From an uncultured bacterium (lineage in GTDB: Bacteria > Babelota > Babeliae > Babelales > Babelaceae), in the NCBI GenBank assembly GCA_963848965.1, contig CAWKFG010000004.1, positions 160,001 to 224,000 on the forward strand: 64,000 nucleotides of DNA. Direction: 5' to 3'. The number at the start of each line of letters is the position of its first letter. Position 1 is the first letter of the stretch. A program made the position numbers and the translations under genes. Positions 50,691 through 59,872 of the stretch are shown one piece after another. Under the pieces are notes generated by a model that was not told where the DNA came from, made no database searches, and saw only the letters and a list, made by a program, of their open reading frames with translations.

Positions 50691-51923
50691 ATGTTTGAAA
50701 AAATACGTGAACTTAGCCAATATTTTATAAAACTAAAATATGAGCACTATCAAAGGTATTTTATAAGAAGTACCCAACTCAAGCACAGATTTACAATTAT
50801 TTTAGGTGAACGTGGAATTGGAAAAACCACCACATTAATCCAATATCTCATGAAAACTGCCAATCATAATCCTTTGAGTGATGAAATTCTCTATGTTCAA
50901 GCCGACCATTTTTTAATTGGCAACACTTCTTTATATGAAATAGCTGAAACTTTCTGGAAGTTAGGTGGTAAACAAATTGCATTTGATGAGATTCATAAAT
51001 ACCCCCATTGGTCTTTAGAGCTAAAAAGTATTTACGACACATTTACCGATTTAAAAATAGTTGCTTCTGGTAGCTCTGCTTTAGAAATTACCAAAGGGAG
51101 CCATGATTTAGCAAGAAGAGCTGTAGTATACCATATGTTTGGATTATCGTTGAGAGAATTCATTGAATTAAAGTATACTATACAACTACCGACCTTAGAA
51201 CTTACCACTATTATTAGCGATCATACTAAGTTAGCCTTCGCTCTTATTGAAGAACTGGCACATAACAACTTAAAGATTTTAAAGCTTTTCAAGGAATACA
51301 TAGAATATGGTTATTATCCTTATTTCCAACAGTTTGAATCGATAGCCGAATTTAAGATTACCGTTGAACAAAATATCCACACAACGTTAGAATCTGATTT
51401 AGTAGCAATATACCCATATTTAACTGGAAATAGTATAAAAAAAATAAAACAATTAGTATCTTACCTTGCAGAATCAGTACCATTTACACCTAATTGGCAA
51501 ACTATAAAAAAAATTACAGAGATTGGGGATGATAGAACCATAAAAACATATTTTAAGTACCTAGAGGATGCATATATAATTTATGCTCTAGGGAGCTCAA
51601 CAAAAAAAATAAAAAAGCTAGAAGATCCTGAGAAAATTTTTCTTGCAAACACAAACCAACTATTTGCATTCGCATTTTTACAACCAGAAATAGGCAACTT
51701 ACGAGAAACCTTTTTCCTTAGTAACTTACGCCCTATCCATGATATCCAAGCAGCAAAAGATGTCGATTTTTTAGTTGATAGAAAATTCTTATTCGAGATT
51801 GGAGGAAAAAATAAAGATACAAAGCAGATCAGAGATAAAGATAGCGCTTACCTTGTTTTAAATAACATTGAGCATGGAACAGATAGACGTATCCCTCTTT
51901 GGTTATTTGGCTTTTTATATTAA
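50691..51923 (+). CDS. AAA+ ATPase (AAA_14) with DUF4143-type C-terminus, intact
   Basis: GERGIGKTT, FDEIH, SGSS, YGYYP, GNLRETFF, FEIGGK; start inferred. Confidence 0.88.
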   Translation: MFEKIRELSQYFIKLKYEHYQRYFIRSTQLKHRFTIILGERGIGKTTTLIQYLMKTANHNPLSDEILYVQADHFLIGNTSLYEIAETFWKLGGKQIAFDEIHKYPHWSLELKSIYDTFTDLKIVASGSSALEITKGSHDLARRAVVYHMFGLSLREFIELKYTIQLPTLELTTIISDHTKLAFALIEELAHNNLKILKLFKEYIEYGYYPYFQQFESIAEFKITVEQNIHTTLESDLVAIYPYLTGNSIKKIKQLVSYLAESVPFTPNWQTIKKITEIGDDRTIKTYFKYLEDAYIIYALGSSTKKIKKLEDPEKIFLANTNQLFAFAFLQPEIGNLRETFFLSNLRPIHDIQAAKDVDFLVDRKFLFEIGGKNKDTKQIRDKDSAYLVLNNIEHGTDRRIPLWLFGFLY

Positions 51924-51975
51924 AAGATAGTTCATAAATGAGTAGAATTTTAAACATATCCTCCAAGGATTCGTT

Positions 51976-52284
51976 ATGAAACGCTTTATAGATAAATATC
52001 TGTTAGAATGGAAAAATAGTACCCTAAGAATGCCATTACTTATACGGGGTGCTCGACAGGTTGGAAAAACTCATGCTGCAAGAAATCTAGGTAAATCATT
52101 TGATGACTTTGTTGAAATCAATTTTGAACTCAACCCTCTCTCTACCATTTTTGAAAAAGATCTAGAACCTGAAAGGATTATACGCGATCTTGCCGTACTG
52201 CTTGGCCGCCCTCTTATTCAGGGCTTGCTCTTTCTCTTGAGTTTTATTCTAAAACTGACAACACTGTTGTCAGAAATTAGTTAG
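51976..52284 (+). pseudogene. Truncated AAA+ ATPase (N-terminus only)
   Basis: MKRFIDKYLLEWK...RGARQVGKT, similarity lost before Walker B. Confidence 0.8.
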
Positions 52285-52440
52285 GGATCATCCTGCTCAA
52301 GGTTAAATTCCGAGCTCAATGGTTTTTTATCTAATTTGATATTATTAAATCATAAGGACGAACTAGATAGCTTAAGCTCAAGATAATCCTTTACCTAGTT
52401 TCTTGTATTTTTTTGCTCAATTTTATATACTTAGTATAGA

Positions 52441-52530
52441 TTTTGACCGCGAAAGATCAAAATCATGCCCAAGTTTTAGCCCTAAATGGTTAAAATAAGG
52501 TCCAAATTTTAGCCATGTAAGGTAAAAATG
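52441..52530. promoter_or_regulatory. Three 33-bp-phased imperfect palindromes upstream of an AAA ATPase gene
   Basis: TTTTRRCC-N7-G[GA]T[CTA]AAAA units starting at 52441, 52474 and 52507. Confidence 0.7.
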
Positions 52531-53842
52531 AGACGTTTAATTGATTCTTATCTTATAGAATGGAAAAATAGCTCAATCCGTAAATCTCTTATTATGGAGG
52601 GGAGCAAGACAAGTAGGAAAAACCTTTACTGTGAGAGAATTCGGCAAAACTTTTGAAAATTTTGTTGAGGTCAATCTTGAAAGTTCAGAAAAAGTAAGAA
52701 ATATTTTTGAGAAGGACTTACATCCTGATCGTATTTTAAGGGACTTAAGTTTACTAGTACAGCAAGATATTATACCTGGCAAAACACTTCTATTCCTTGA
52801 TGAAATACAAGCATCTCCTAGAGCATTTCTTTCTTTAAGATATTTTTATGAAGAGTTACCGAATCTTCATGTAATTGCTGCTGGGTCATTATTAGACTTT
52901 ACGATTCAACAAATTGGTATACCCGTTGGGAGAGTCAGTTCTCTGTATATATATCCAATGTCTTTCTATGAATTTTTACTGGCTATGAATGCAGATTTAG
53001 CAGCTGAAGCAATTTTAATTCATAACCCCAAAGATAAAATAGGAGAACCAATACACACTAAATTATTAGAATATTTAGCTGAATACCTAGCCGTAGGAGG
53101 AATGCCTGCAGCAATTAAATGTTGGAAAGATCAAAAAAATCCAAGAGAATGTTTTCAAATTCATCAATCTCTTATTGACGCTTATAAACAAGATTTTGAT
53201 AAATATGCAAAAGACTTTCAAATTAAATATCTTAAACTCTTATTTGAAAGAGCACTCTTAAAAATAGGAAAAAAATTTAAATATAGCTCACTTGGAGACT
53301 ATCGAAAAAGAGAATTAGAGCCTTGCCTAGATCTATTAGTTACAGCAGGCATAATGCATAAAATTTATAGAACAGATGGCAATGAAATTCCACTTGGAGT
53401 AGAATTCGGTTTAGATGATTTTAAAGTAATTTTTGTCGATATTGCACTCACTCAAGCTTTATTAAATATTAACTTAGCAGACTGGCTTTTGAATCCATTA
53501 CAAGATTTTATAAATAAAGGAGAAATTATTGAAGCATTTATCGGTCAAGAATTAATAGCTTATTCTGATCCTTATCAAAAAGCTCAGCTCTATTATTGGC
53601 GTAAAAATGAACCTTCTAGTCAAGCTGAAGTTGACTATCTTATACAAAAAAATAATTATGTAATTCCAACAGAAGTTAAAAGTGGAGCTACAGCTTTACT
53701 TAAAAGCTTAAAAATATTTTTAGAAAATAGGCCTAAAAGTCCCTATGGCATAAGATTTTCTATTAATGACTACTCTATACATCAGAAGGTTTATTCTTAC
53801 CCATTATATGCAGTTTATGGATTTTTACGATCAAAAGTTTGA
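52528..53842 (+). pseudogene. AAA+/DUF4143 ATPase with a +1 frameshift near 52596
   Basis: ATG 52528 MRRLIDSYLIEWK; removing one base in ATGGAGGGG restores RGARQVGKT in frame with 52631..53842 (FLDEIQ, GGMP, EVDYL, EVKSG). Confidence 0.85.
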
Positions 53843-54173
53843 AGGAATCTAAGTTGAATAGCATTACGAAATTCATCATAAACTTCATAACCTATTTCTC
53901 TTCATAGCAGCAAGAATTGAATTACATTGCCTAAAGCACATCTTCTAGTAAGATTCTAAGGTTAAATATCAAGCTCCCTCAAGGTTAAATTCCGGGCTTA
54001 ACATATTTGATCTAAAGTGGGCCGAAGCCTGTGCACTCCTAAGGAGATTCGAACTTCTATTCTTTCTCCTAAAAAAATAACTAGAGAACTTACTTTATGT
54101 CTTTTTACTTTAATTTTTTAAACAATTATTATTATTGAGAGAATTATAATAAAAATTATAATAAAGGTGCTAT

Positions 54174-54494
54174 ATGTATCTAGTACCCATTTTATTATCA
54201 ATTTTCTTTTCTTTATCACTCTACGGTATAGAAAGAGAAGAGGCTGATCAAGTACAGCAAGTTAAACAAAAACCGCTAATACCATCATTGAATGATCTTA
54301 TATGGAGGCTTCATATTATGCGGCAACTACTAGGAATACCTATGACACTAGAAGAAATCGTAGAGCAACTACCTCGAGTAAGGATGTCAAAACTTTACTT
54401 TAAGATCTTAGATTTTTTAGAAGATCACGAGCTACGCGTAGGAATTCCATCCACAAAGAAGGAAATAGATAAAATGGCTCCTGAAAAGGGATAA
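54174..54494 (+). CDS. Small hypothetical secreted protein
   Basis: Signal peptide; IPSLNDLIW segment. Confidence 0.55.
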   Translation: MYLVPILLSIFFSLSLYGIEREEADQVQQVKQKPLIPSLNDLIWRLHIMRQLLGIPMTLEEIVEQLPRVRMSKLYFKILDFLEDHELRVGIPSTKKEIDKMAPEKG

Positions 54495-54833
54495 ATGTTA
54501 TAGTAAAGTTCTAGGCCTTATGTATAATTATGGCATTATGTCTCCATGGAGCAAAAGCAAAAATTTATGATTACGCGAAACCTGCATTTGAGGAGCAATT
54601 GCCGGTGACGTATAGAACGTTAGCAAACCACCTTTTGAAGGCTTTAAAAAAGCCTTAACTGAAAGCTCAACTAAACTATTTTCTATGATAGTGCTTAAAT
54701 ATGTGATATAGCCGATCATTTGATATTCTTCTTACTTTTTTATATTTTATTGACATTTAAATATCTACTAAGGCAAATTTAAATTTATAATAGTTATAAG
54801 TAAGAACTAGACCATTTAACAAAGGAATTTATT

Positions 54834-55406
54834 ATGATCTCTTTAAACCAATGTTTAAGCCTATTTATAGTAACGTGTAGTTTCTTCCTATTACAGGGTA
54901 TAGCTCCGTACCCTTCTCATCCGTCTCCGGATACGTCTGCCCAGATTAAAAGCCTTAGCGACAATCCCATTAGACTCAGTGGTGTAGAATGTAAAGTTAA
55001 CATCGAAGATCATAGACCAGAATCATATACTGATAGTAAGATACCTAAATTTACTAATTACTTTACTCCTAAAGTTAGTTTAAACTGTTCAGGAAGCACA
55101 TATATACGTAAGGCAATTTTATTCCCTATAGATTGGGAACATTACATCAAACAAAATAGCGACTCTTTACCAGAAGCATTCAAGGAATATGCACTAGAAG
55201 AGAGACCAGAAATTCCTTTTAATGCAGTACCTTACACATCTAAGATATATCCTGGCAAAAGTTATCTTGCTCAAACTGAGGTTAGATCACTTAAAGAACA
55301 AGCCATAGACTACATTAAAAGGTATAAAGGGCAATATTTTACCATAAAGCAGTTGGAAGCTCTTGAAACTCTGCCTCAAGAACTTAAAGAAAAAATTAAC
55401 TTGTAG
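54834..55406 (+). CDS. Hypothetical secreted protein with C-terminal SOCS-box-like tail
   Basis: Signal peptide; tail VRSLKEQAIDYIKRY...LETLPQELKEKINL. Confidence 0.7.
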   Translation: MISLNQCLSLFIVTCSFFLLQGIAPYPSHPSPDTSAQIKSLSDNPIRLSGVECKVNIEDHRPESYTDSKIPKFTNYFTPKVSLNCSGSTYIRKAILFPIDWEHYIKQNSDSLPEAFKEYALEERPEIPFNAVPYTSKIYPGKSYLAQTEVRSLKEQAIDYIKRYKGQYFTIKQLEALETLPQELKEKINL

Positions 55407-56173
55407 TGGCTCGCAAGATAAGCTTTACTAATAATTACTTTCAGCAGATTAAGATTAATCGGAATGCGTTTAAGGCAAATGCTTTTGATCTGTTTGATAA
55501 AGCAATGGATTTCTTAGCCTTTTCCTTACCGGTAGCTGCTCACATTGAATCTGGAAACCCTGATCGTATTGAAACTCCTGCAATTCCTTATAGTGTTCTT
55601 CGTGAGGCTATTACTAATGCCTTAGTACATCGTGATTATAGTCATACAGGAGGATCAATAGCAATTGCCATATACGATGACCGAGTCAATATTACTAATG
55701 CTGGCTTCTTGCCTTCTGGCATTCGGATAAGCCAACTTGCTAAAGACCATCCTTCTATGCCACGCAATCCAGTAATTGCCCATGTATTTTATTTATGCCG
55801 AAAAATTGAAAAATGGGGCCGTGGTACCATCGATATGGTTGAAGATTGTAAAAGAGCGGGTAATCCGTCACCAAATTTTGAAGAGATTGGTAATCACTTC
55901 TCGGTAACATTACCATTTAAAAAACCTATCCGCAGCCTTGTACACACTAATTTAGAGCACATTGATTTAAGCAGACTAACTCCACGTCAGCAAGCAATTA
56001 TAAATGCTTTGAAAAATGGTCCTCTTAAAACGCAAGAAATCATAAAGGTCTTACACTTAAATTTAACCGATAGATCTATGCGACTAGAGCTTGCTCAACT
56101 TAAGAAAATGGGCCTAATTAAATCTAAAGGCAAAACCAAATCCTCAATATGGCTCTTGAATAACCATGAATAA
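55406..56173 (+). pseudogene. C-terminal part of an AlbA/HATPase_c_4 (RecG_C-like)-HTH regulator, N-terminus missing
   Basis: LREAITNALVHRDY, IYDDRVNITNAG, PRNPVIA, IEKWGRG, C-terminal HTH; no N-terminal AlbA domain, no clear RBS. Confidence 0.7.
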
Positions 56174-56213
56174 TTCGGAAGTAATTCGGAAATAATTTGG
56201 AAATAATTCGGAA
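56170..56213. repeat. 4 x 11-bp tandem repeat (RTAATTYGGAA)
   Basis: ATAATTCGGAA GTAATTCGGAA ATAATTTGGAA ATAATTCGGAA. Confidence 0.9.
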
Positions 56214-56239
56214 ATTTTGCAAAACTTATTCACTAAAAA

Positions 56240-56803
56240 CTATGTCCAGAGGCTACCAAAATGTTTTGCAAAAAGGTCAATGCCTTCTTGAATTCTTTTT
56301 CGATGCTCCTCAAACTTATTATGATATTTCTCAAAAATTGGTCCCAAAATCTCAGATTGACGATCCCAAGCTAATGAATTTAAGGATTCATGCGGTTTAA
56401 GCCCTGCAAATCTTTGCTTATCTAATATCTCTAATTTTTTCAATTCTTTTCTGTACGGCTTTAATACCTGCGTGTATTCTTTATAATAATTTTCCACCTC
56501 TAGACCATTCCAGTCTCCGTGCTTTGCTATCCATCCAAAGGAGTAAACCATCTTGTCCAAACATAATAACCACTCATTAAATCTATCAGGGTTATCTGGA
56601 CCTTCGGGCTTTAGAGGATCAGGACCAAATGTAGCTGGATACCCAGTCATGGGATTTTTACCGTTATATAAATTTCTGTATTTTTTAAGAAAGGGATAAA
56701 TGATTCGAGCTAGAGTTACATCTCCGTTCCAAAGATCACGCCCTTCTACTTTAACTGAAACTTTATCTTTACTGTTTTTACTATATTCAATAGATACTTT
56801 CAC
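56240..56803 (-). CDS. Hypothetical protein resembling conserved phage proteins
   Basis: DLWN.D.TLA.II.P.LK, W...LDKMVYSF, IQEGIDLFAKHFGSLW pattern recalled from phage ORFs. Confidence 0.55.
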   Translation of the reverse strand: MKVSIEYSKNSKDKVSVKVEGRDLWNGDVTLARIIYPFLKKYRNLYNGKNPMTGYPATFGPDPLKPEGPDNPDRFNEWLLCLDKMVYSFGWIAKHGDWNGLEVENYYKEYTQVLKPYRKELKKLEILDKQRFAGLKPHESLNSLAWDRQSEILGPIFEKYHNKFEEHRKRIQEGIDLFAKHFGSLWT

Positions 56804-56869
56804 AATGAGACCCTATGCTTTACATACTATTAGCATTGAAGGCAATCCAAGATGAAGTTGATAAACGAT

Positions 56870-56924
56870 CCTTTAAAGAAACTGGCTGTGCCAGGCGTAG
56901 CTCCATAGGAGCGAAGACTGGCGG
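56870..56924. repeat. 55-bp direct repeat, left copy (att-like)
   Basis: 52/55 identical to 59873..59927. Confidence 0.9.
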
Positions 56925-57233
56925 TACATAGTTGACGCGTTCAGGAACGGTCACGTTGAATTTGGCTTTAGGTTGCAGCATATTCAAACTATCTTTTCAA
57001 CCTTTAACTTGCCTCACCTTACAATCGAATCCTTACCTATAGATATAAAGGATTACTAAGAGTGACAGGCTCTTTTCAAGTTTACTGCAGTCTACGGTCT
57101 ACTCTTTCACCAAATTAGATAAGGATTTCCTTGCACCAACATAAAGAAGTTGTTAACTACTCTGAAATCAACTATGAAGCGTTTTGACTTTAGAGTATTA
57201 GAAAAATAGCTCTAAAGATAAATATCGAGCGCT

Positions 57234-58346
57234 TCATTTCTTTTCTTCTAGCAAGATTTCTTGTTTTTCAAGTTCAGCTTCAATCTCTTCAATGGTTGGC
57301 AGGCTGCTTTTGAATTCTTCGGGCAACTCATTTAAAATCTCTGTCATATATTGAGATACGCCAATCGGTGAGCGTATATTTCTTAAAGCATACTCAGCGA
57401 CAACATTATTTTTAGTCTTACATAGTAGTAAACCAATTGTAGGATTATCGTCTTTACCTTTTACCTTATCGTCAATTACTGCAAGATAGAAGTTAAGTTG
57501 ACCAATATCGCCAGGATCAAAATCTCTCGCTTTGAGCTCTATGGCTATATAACATCGCAATTGTATATGATAAAACATAAGGTCTACATAATAATCTTTA
57601 TCCTCCACTTCAAGGCGGTATTGCCTTCCTACAAGAGCAAAACCCTTACCAAGCTCAAGGAGAAACTTTTGGATATTATCTATAAGTCCTTGCTCTACAT
57701 CTTTTTCAATGTATTGCTTTTCCAAGGTCAAAAAATTAAAAATGTAAGGATCCTTGAAAGATTGTTGTGCCATATCAGATTGCGGCGTTGGTAATGTTTT
57801 TTGAAAATTATTAAGAGCTTTCCCTTCTCTATGATAAAGATTTGATTCTATCCAAATTTCAAGCATGCTCCTGCTCCAACCATGTTCTATGGCTTTTTGA
57901 GCATACCAAAATCGTTCATCAGTATCTTTTAACTTAGTTAATAAAATTACGTTGTGCCCCCAAGGTATATTAAAGATTGGGGTATCTTCAAATTGTCTCA
58001 CGGCTTGTGAGACTTTTTCATAAGCCAGGTAAAGGGCCCTCATTTTAAATAGATTCGCTCTAGAGAATCCGCCCATACCAGGAAAAGAGCTTTGAAGATC
58101 TTTAGCAAAATTCTCAATAACACTAGTCCCCCATTTTCCCTGTTTTTGCTTCTCTGCAAGAACTTCCCCAATATACCAGTAGAGCTTAATCAACTCTTTA
58201 CTTGCAGAAAGAACAGCTTTAACTTGTGCTTCTTGGATACGCTTTTTTACATCAGCCAATACTTGAGCATATTCTCTTAATTCTATACTTTTTGCATCAT
58301 TAATTGCAGCTTTGCTTCTGGCCTTCTTCGTCATAGTTTGTGCCAT
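57234..58346 (-). CDS. YhcG/DUF1016 family PD-(D/E)XK nuclease domain protein
   Basis: LYWYIG, PWGHN, WSRSML, KDPYIFNFL, FLLELGKGF, IELK, GQLNFY, PTIGLLLC. Confidence 0.95.
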   Translation of the reverse strand: MAQTMTKKARSKAAINDAKSIELREYAQVLADVKKRIQEAQVKAVLSASKELIKLYWYIGEVLAEKQKQGKWGTSVIENFAKDLQSSFPGMGGFSRANLFKMRALYLAYEKVSQAVRQFEDTPIFNIPWGHNVILLTKLKDTDERFWYAQKAIEHGWSRSMLEIWIESNLYHREGKALNNFQKTLPTPQSDMAQQSFKDPYIFNFLTLEKQYIEKDVEQGLIDNIQKFLLELGKGFALVGRQYRLEVEDKDYYVDLMFYHIQLRCYIAIELKARDFDPGDIGQLNFYLAVIDDKVKGKDDNPTIGLLLCKTKNNVVAEYALRNIRSPIGVSQYMTEILNELPEEFKSSLPTIEEIEAELEKQEILLEEKK

Positions 58347-58392
58347 TCGCTTACCCCTTCTAGGATAGTTTAACTTTTTTATGATTTTATTC

Positions 58393-59055
58393 TTAGTTGA
58401 TAACTATACTCATAAAATTATTTACAGAATGGACCATTATAGGAGACCACAAAGATTGCGCTTTCTTAAATACATAACCAAATATCAAACCCATAAAAAT
58501 CATAGAACGTATTTCGCTCATTATCTCAAGAGCTCCTAAATTCTTTACCATAATCCAAATTGGAAAATGCATTATAGCAAATAAAACTGCACTAATAATA
58601 TTGGCTATCCAAAAACTCGATATCGATTCAATTTTTTGTAATAAATAGCCCCTAAAAACCACCTCCTCGCTTAACTCTACAAATATTATGCCGTTTAACC
58701 AAAAACCCACTGGTATATTAAAATTAAAAGTAATAAATCCTTTAATTAAGTAAATTATCAAACATCGTAGTGTAATTAGTATAAGCCCCGCAATGATACC
58801 TATAATCAAACCACGAAAAACATTATTATACAATTTCAAATATTTTAGAGGATTTTGCTTTAGCGTTAGCAATATGACAGGAAGTGCCCATATGATCAGC
58901 CTTACAAATAATGCCAATATATAATGACTTTTTAATAAAGTATGTGCATTTAGGTACACTTCAAATGTATGGGCAATCATGAACAATATAAAAAATATTG
59001 ATATTTCTAGTATTGTAATTTTTTTTTGATTAACTAACATGAAATCCATTTGCAT
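58393..59055 (-). CDS. CPBP/Abi (CAAX protease) family membrane protein
   Basis: EEVVFRGYL, FAIMH, SLWSPIMVHSVNN. Confidence 0.9.
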   Translation of the reverse strand: MQMDFMLVNQKKITILEISIFFILFMIAHTFEVYLNAHTLLKSHYILALFVRLIIWALPVILLTLKQNPLKYLKLYNNVFRGLIIGIIAGLILITLRCLIIYLIKGFITFNFNIPVGFWLNGIIFVELSEEVVFRGYLLQKIESISSFWIANIISAVLFAIMHFPIWIMVKNLGALEIMSEIRSMIFMGLIFGYVFKKAQSLWSPIMVHSVNNFMSIVIN

Positions 59056-59106
59056 TATTCACCTGGTACTATTATAATATTTTGTAAATCCAAAAATATT
59101 TTGATA

Positions 59107-59763
59107 TCAGCTATCAAGCAATTTCTCGCTTTTCTGTAAGATTACACTATAAAAAGTTCTATGTGAACCGTAGCTTAACTTTTTCGCCCACGTTGATGGA
59201 TACTCTCTCAAATCATTGTACGTTAACGATTTAACATTCATAACGCTAAAACCAAGATTTTCAAGTTTTGGGATCATGGAATTTTGTAGGCATGCTTCAT
59301 TTAAGATAGGTAAATTAAGACGCTCAATCTCTTTTTTATCATGCTCTGGGTCATAACCAAAAATAACATGAACCAAAGCTTCAGTCTTACAAATTTTCTT
59401 AATGTTATTCCAAGTAAGCTCATGCGCTAAAACTATACCTTGAAGCAAAGTACCCCAAGGGAAGTTAATATAAACCTTATCGGCACTACCATTCAGCTCT
59501 CTAGGTAAGGTTTCAACAGAAGATAAGACGTATAGAACGTTAGCTAAACCACCCTTTGAGAGTTTTTTTAAAGCCTTAGCTGAAATCTCAACTAAGTTTT
59601 CGTGACAGGGATCAATACCAATAACCAGTGACTGCGGGTTTTCTTTAGCCATATGGTAAGCAAAAGAACCGTCACCGGTACCAATATCGACGATAACCAA
59701 AGGTCAATGTCATTGGTCGCTTCGATCTATTTCTACTAACTTTTTACCCTGAATAACTTTCAT
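59107..59763 (-). pseudogene. NpmA/KamB-like 16S rRNA (adenine-1408-N1) methyltransferase with two in-frame TGA codons near the N-terminus (open frame 59107..59700)
   Basis: DIGTGDG, IGIDP..ENL, KGGL.NV, INFPWGTLL, STWAKKLSYG; upstream in-frame MKVIQGKKLVEIDRSDQ*H*P. Confidence 0.8.
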
Positions 59764-59872
59764 AACTTTTCTTTCTATTATAAACAGACTTTAGATTGTA
59801 TGCCAGCTGACTTGCGCGCCAAAGCTTTTAAGCGAGAGTAATGCTTTAGCCCGTGCCAGCCGCAACTTTAAA

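Noticed and set aside
52441..52530. 33-bp periodic palindromes as a mini-CRISPR
   Set aside because: Units are degenerate and the intervening sequence is only about 10 bp; fits operator boxes better
56170..56213. Tandem repeats as a CRISPR array
   Set aside because: 11-bp units with no spacers, and no cas genes in the window
56240..56803. Prophage
   Set aside because: Only one phage-like ORF; no structural, terminase or integrase genes
59701..59715. TGA recoding (alternative genetic code or selenocysteine) in the methyltransferase
   Set aside because: TGA terminates intact genes here (sbcC, yhcG, nfo), Trp is encoded by TGG, and the positions are not catalytic Cys sites
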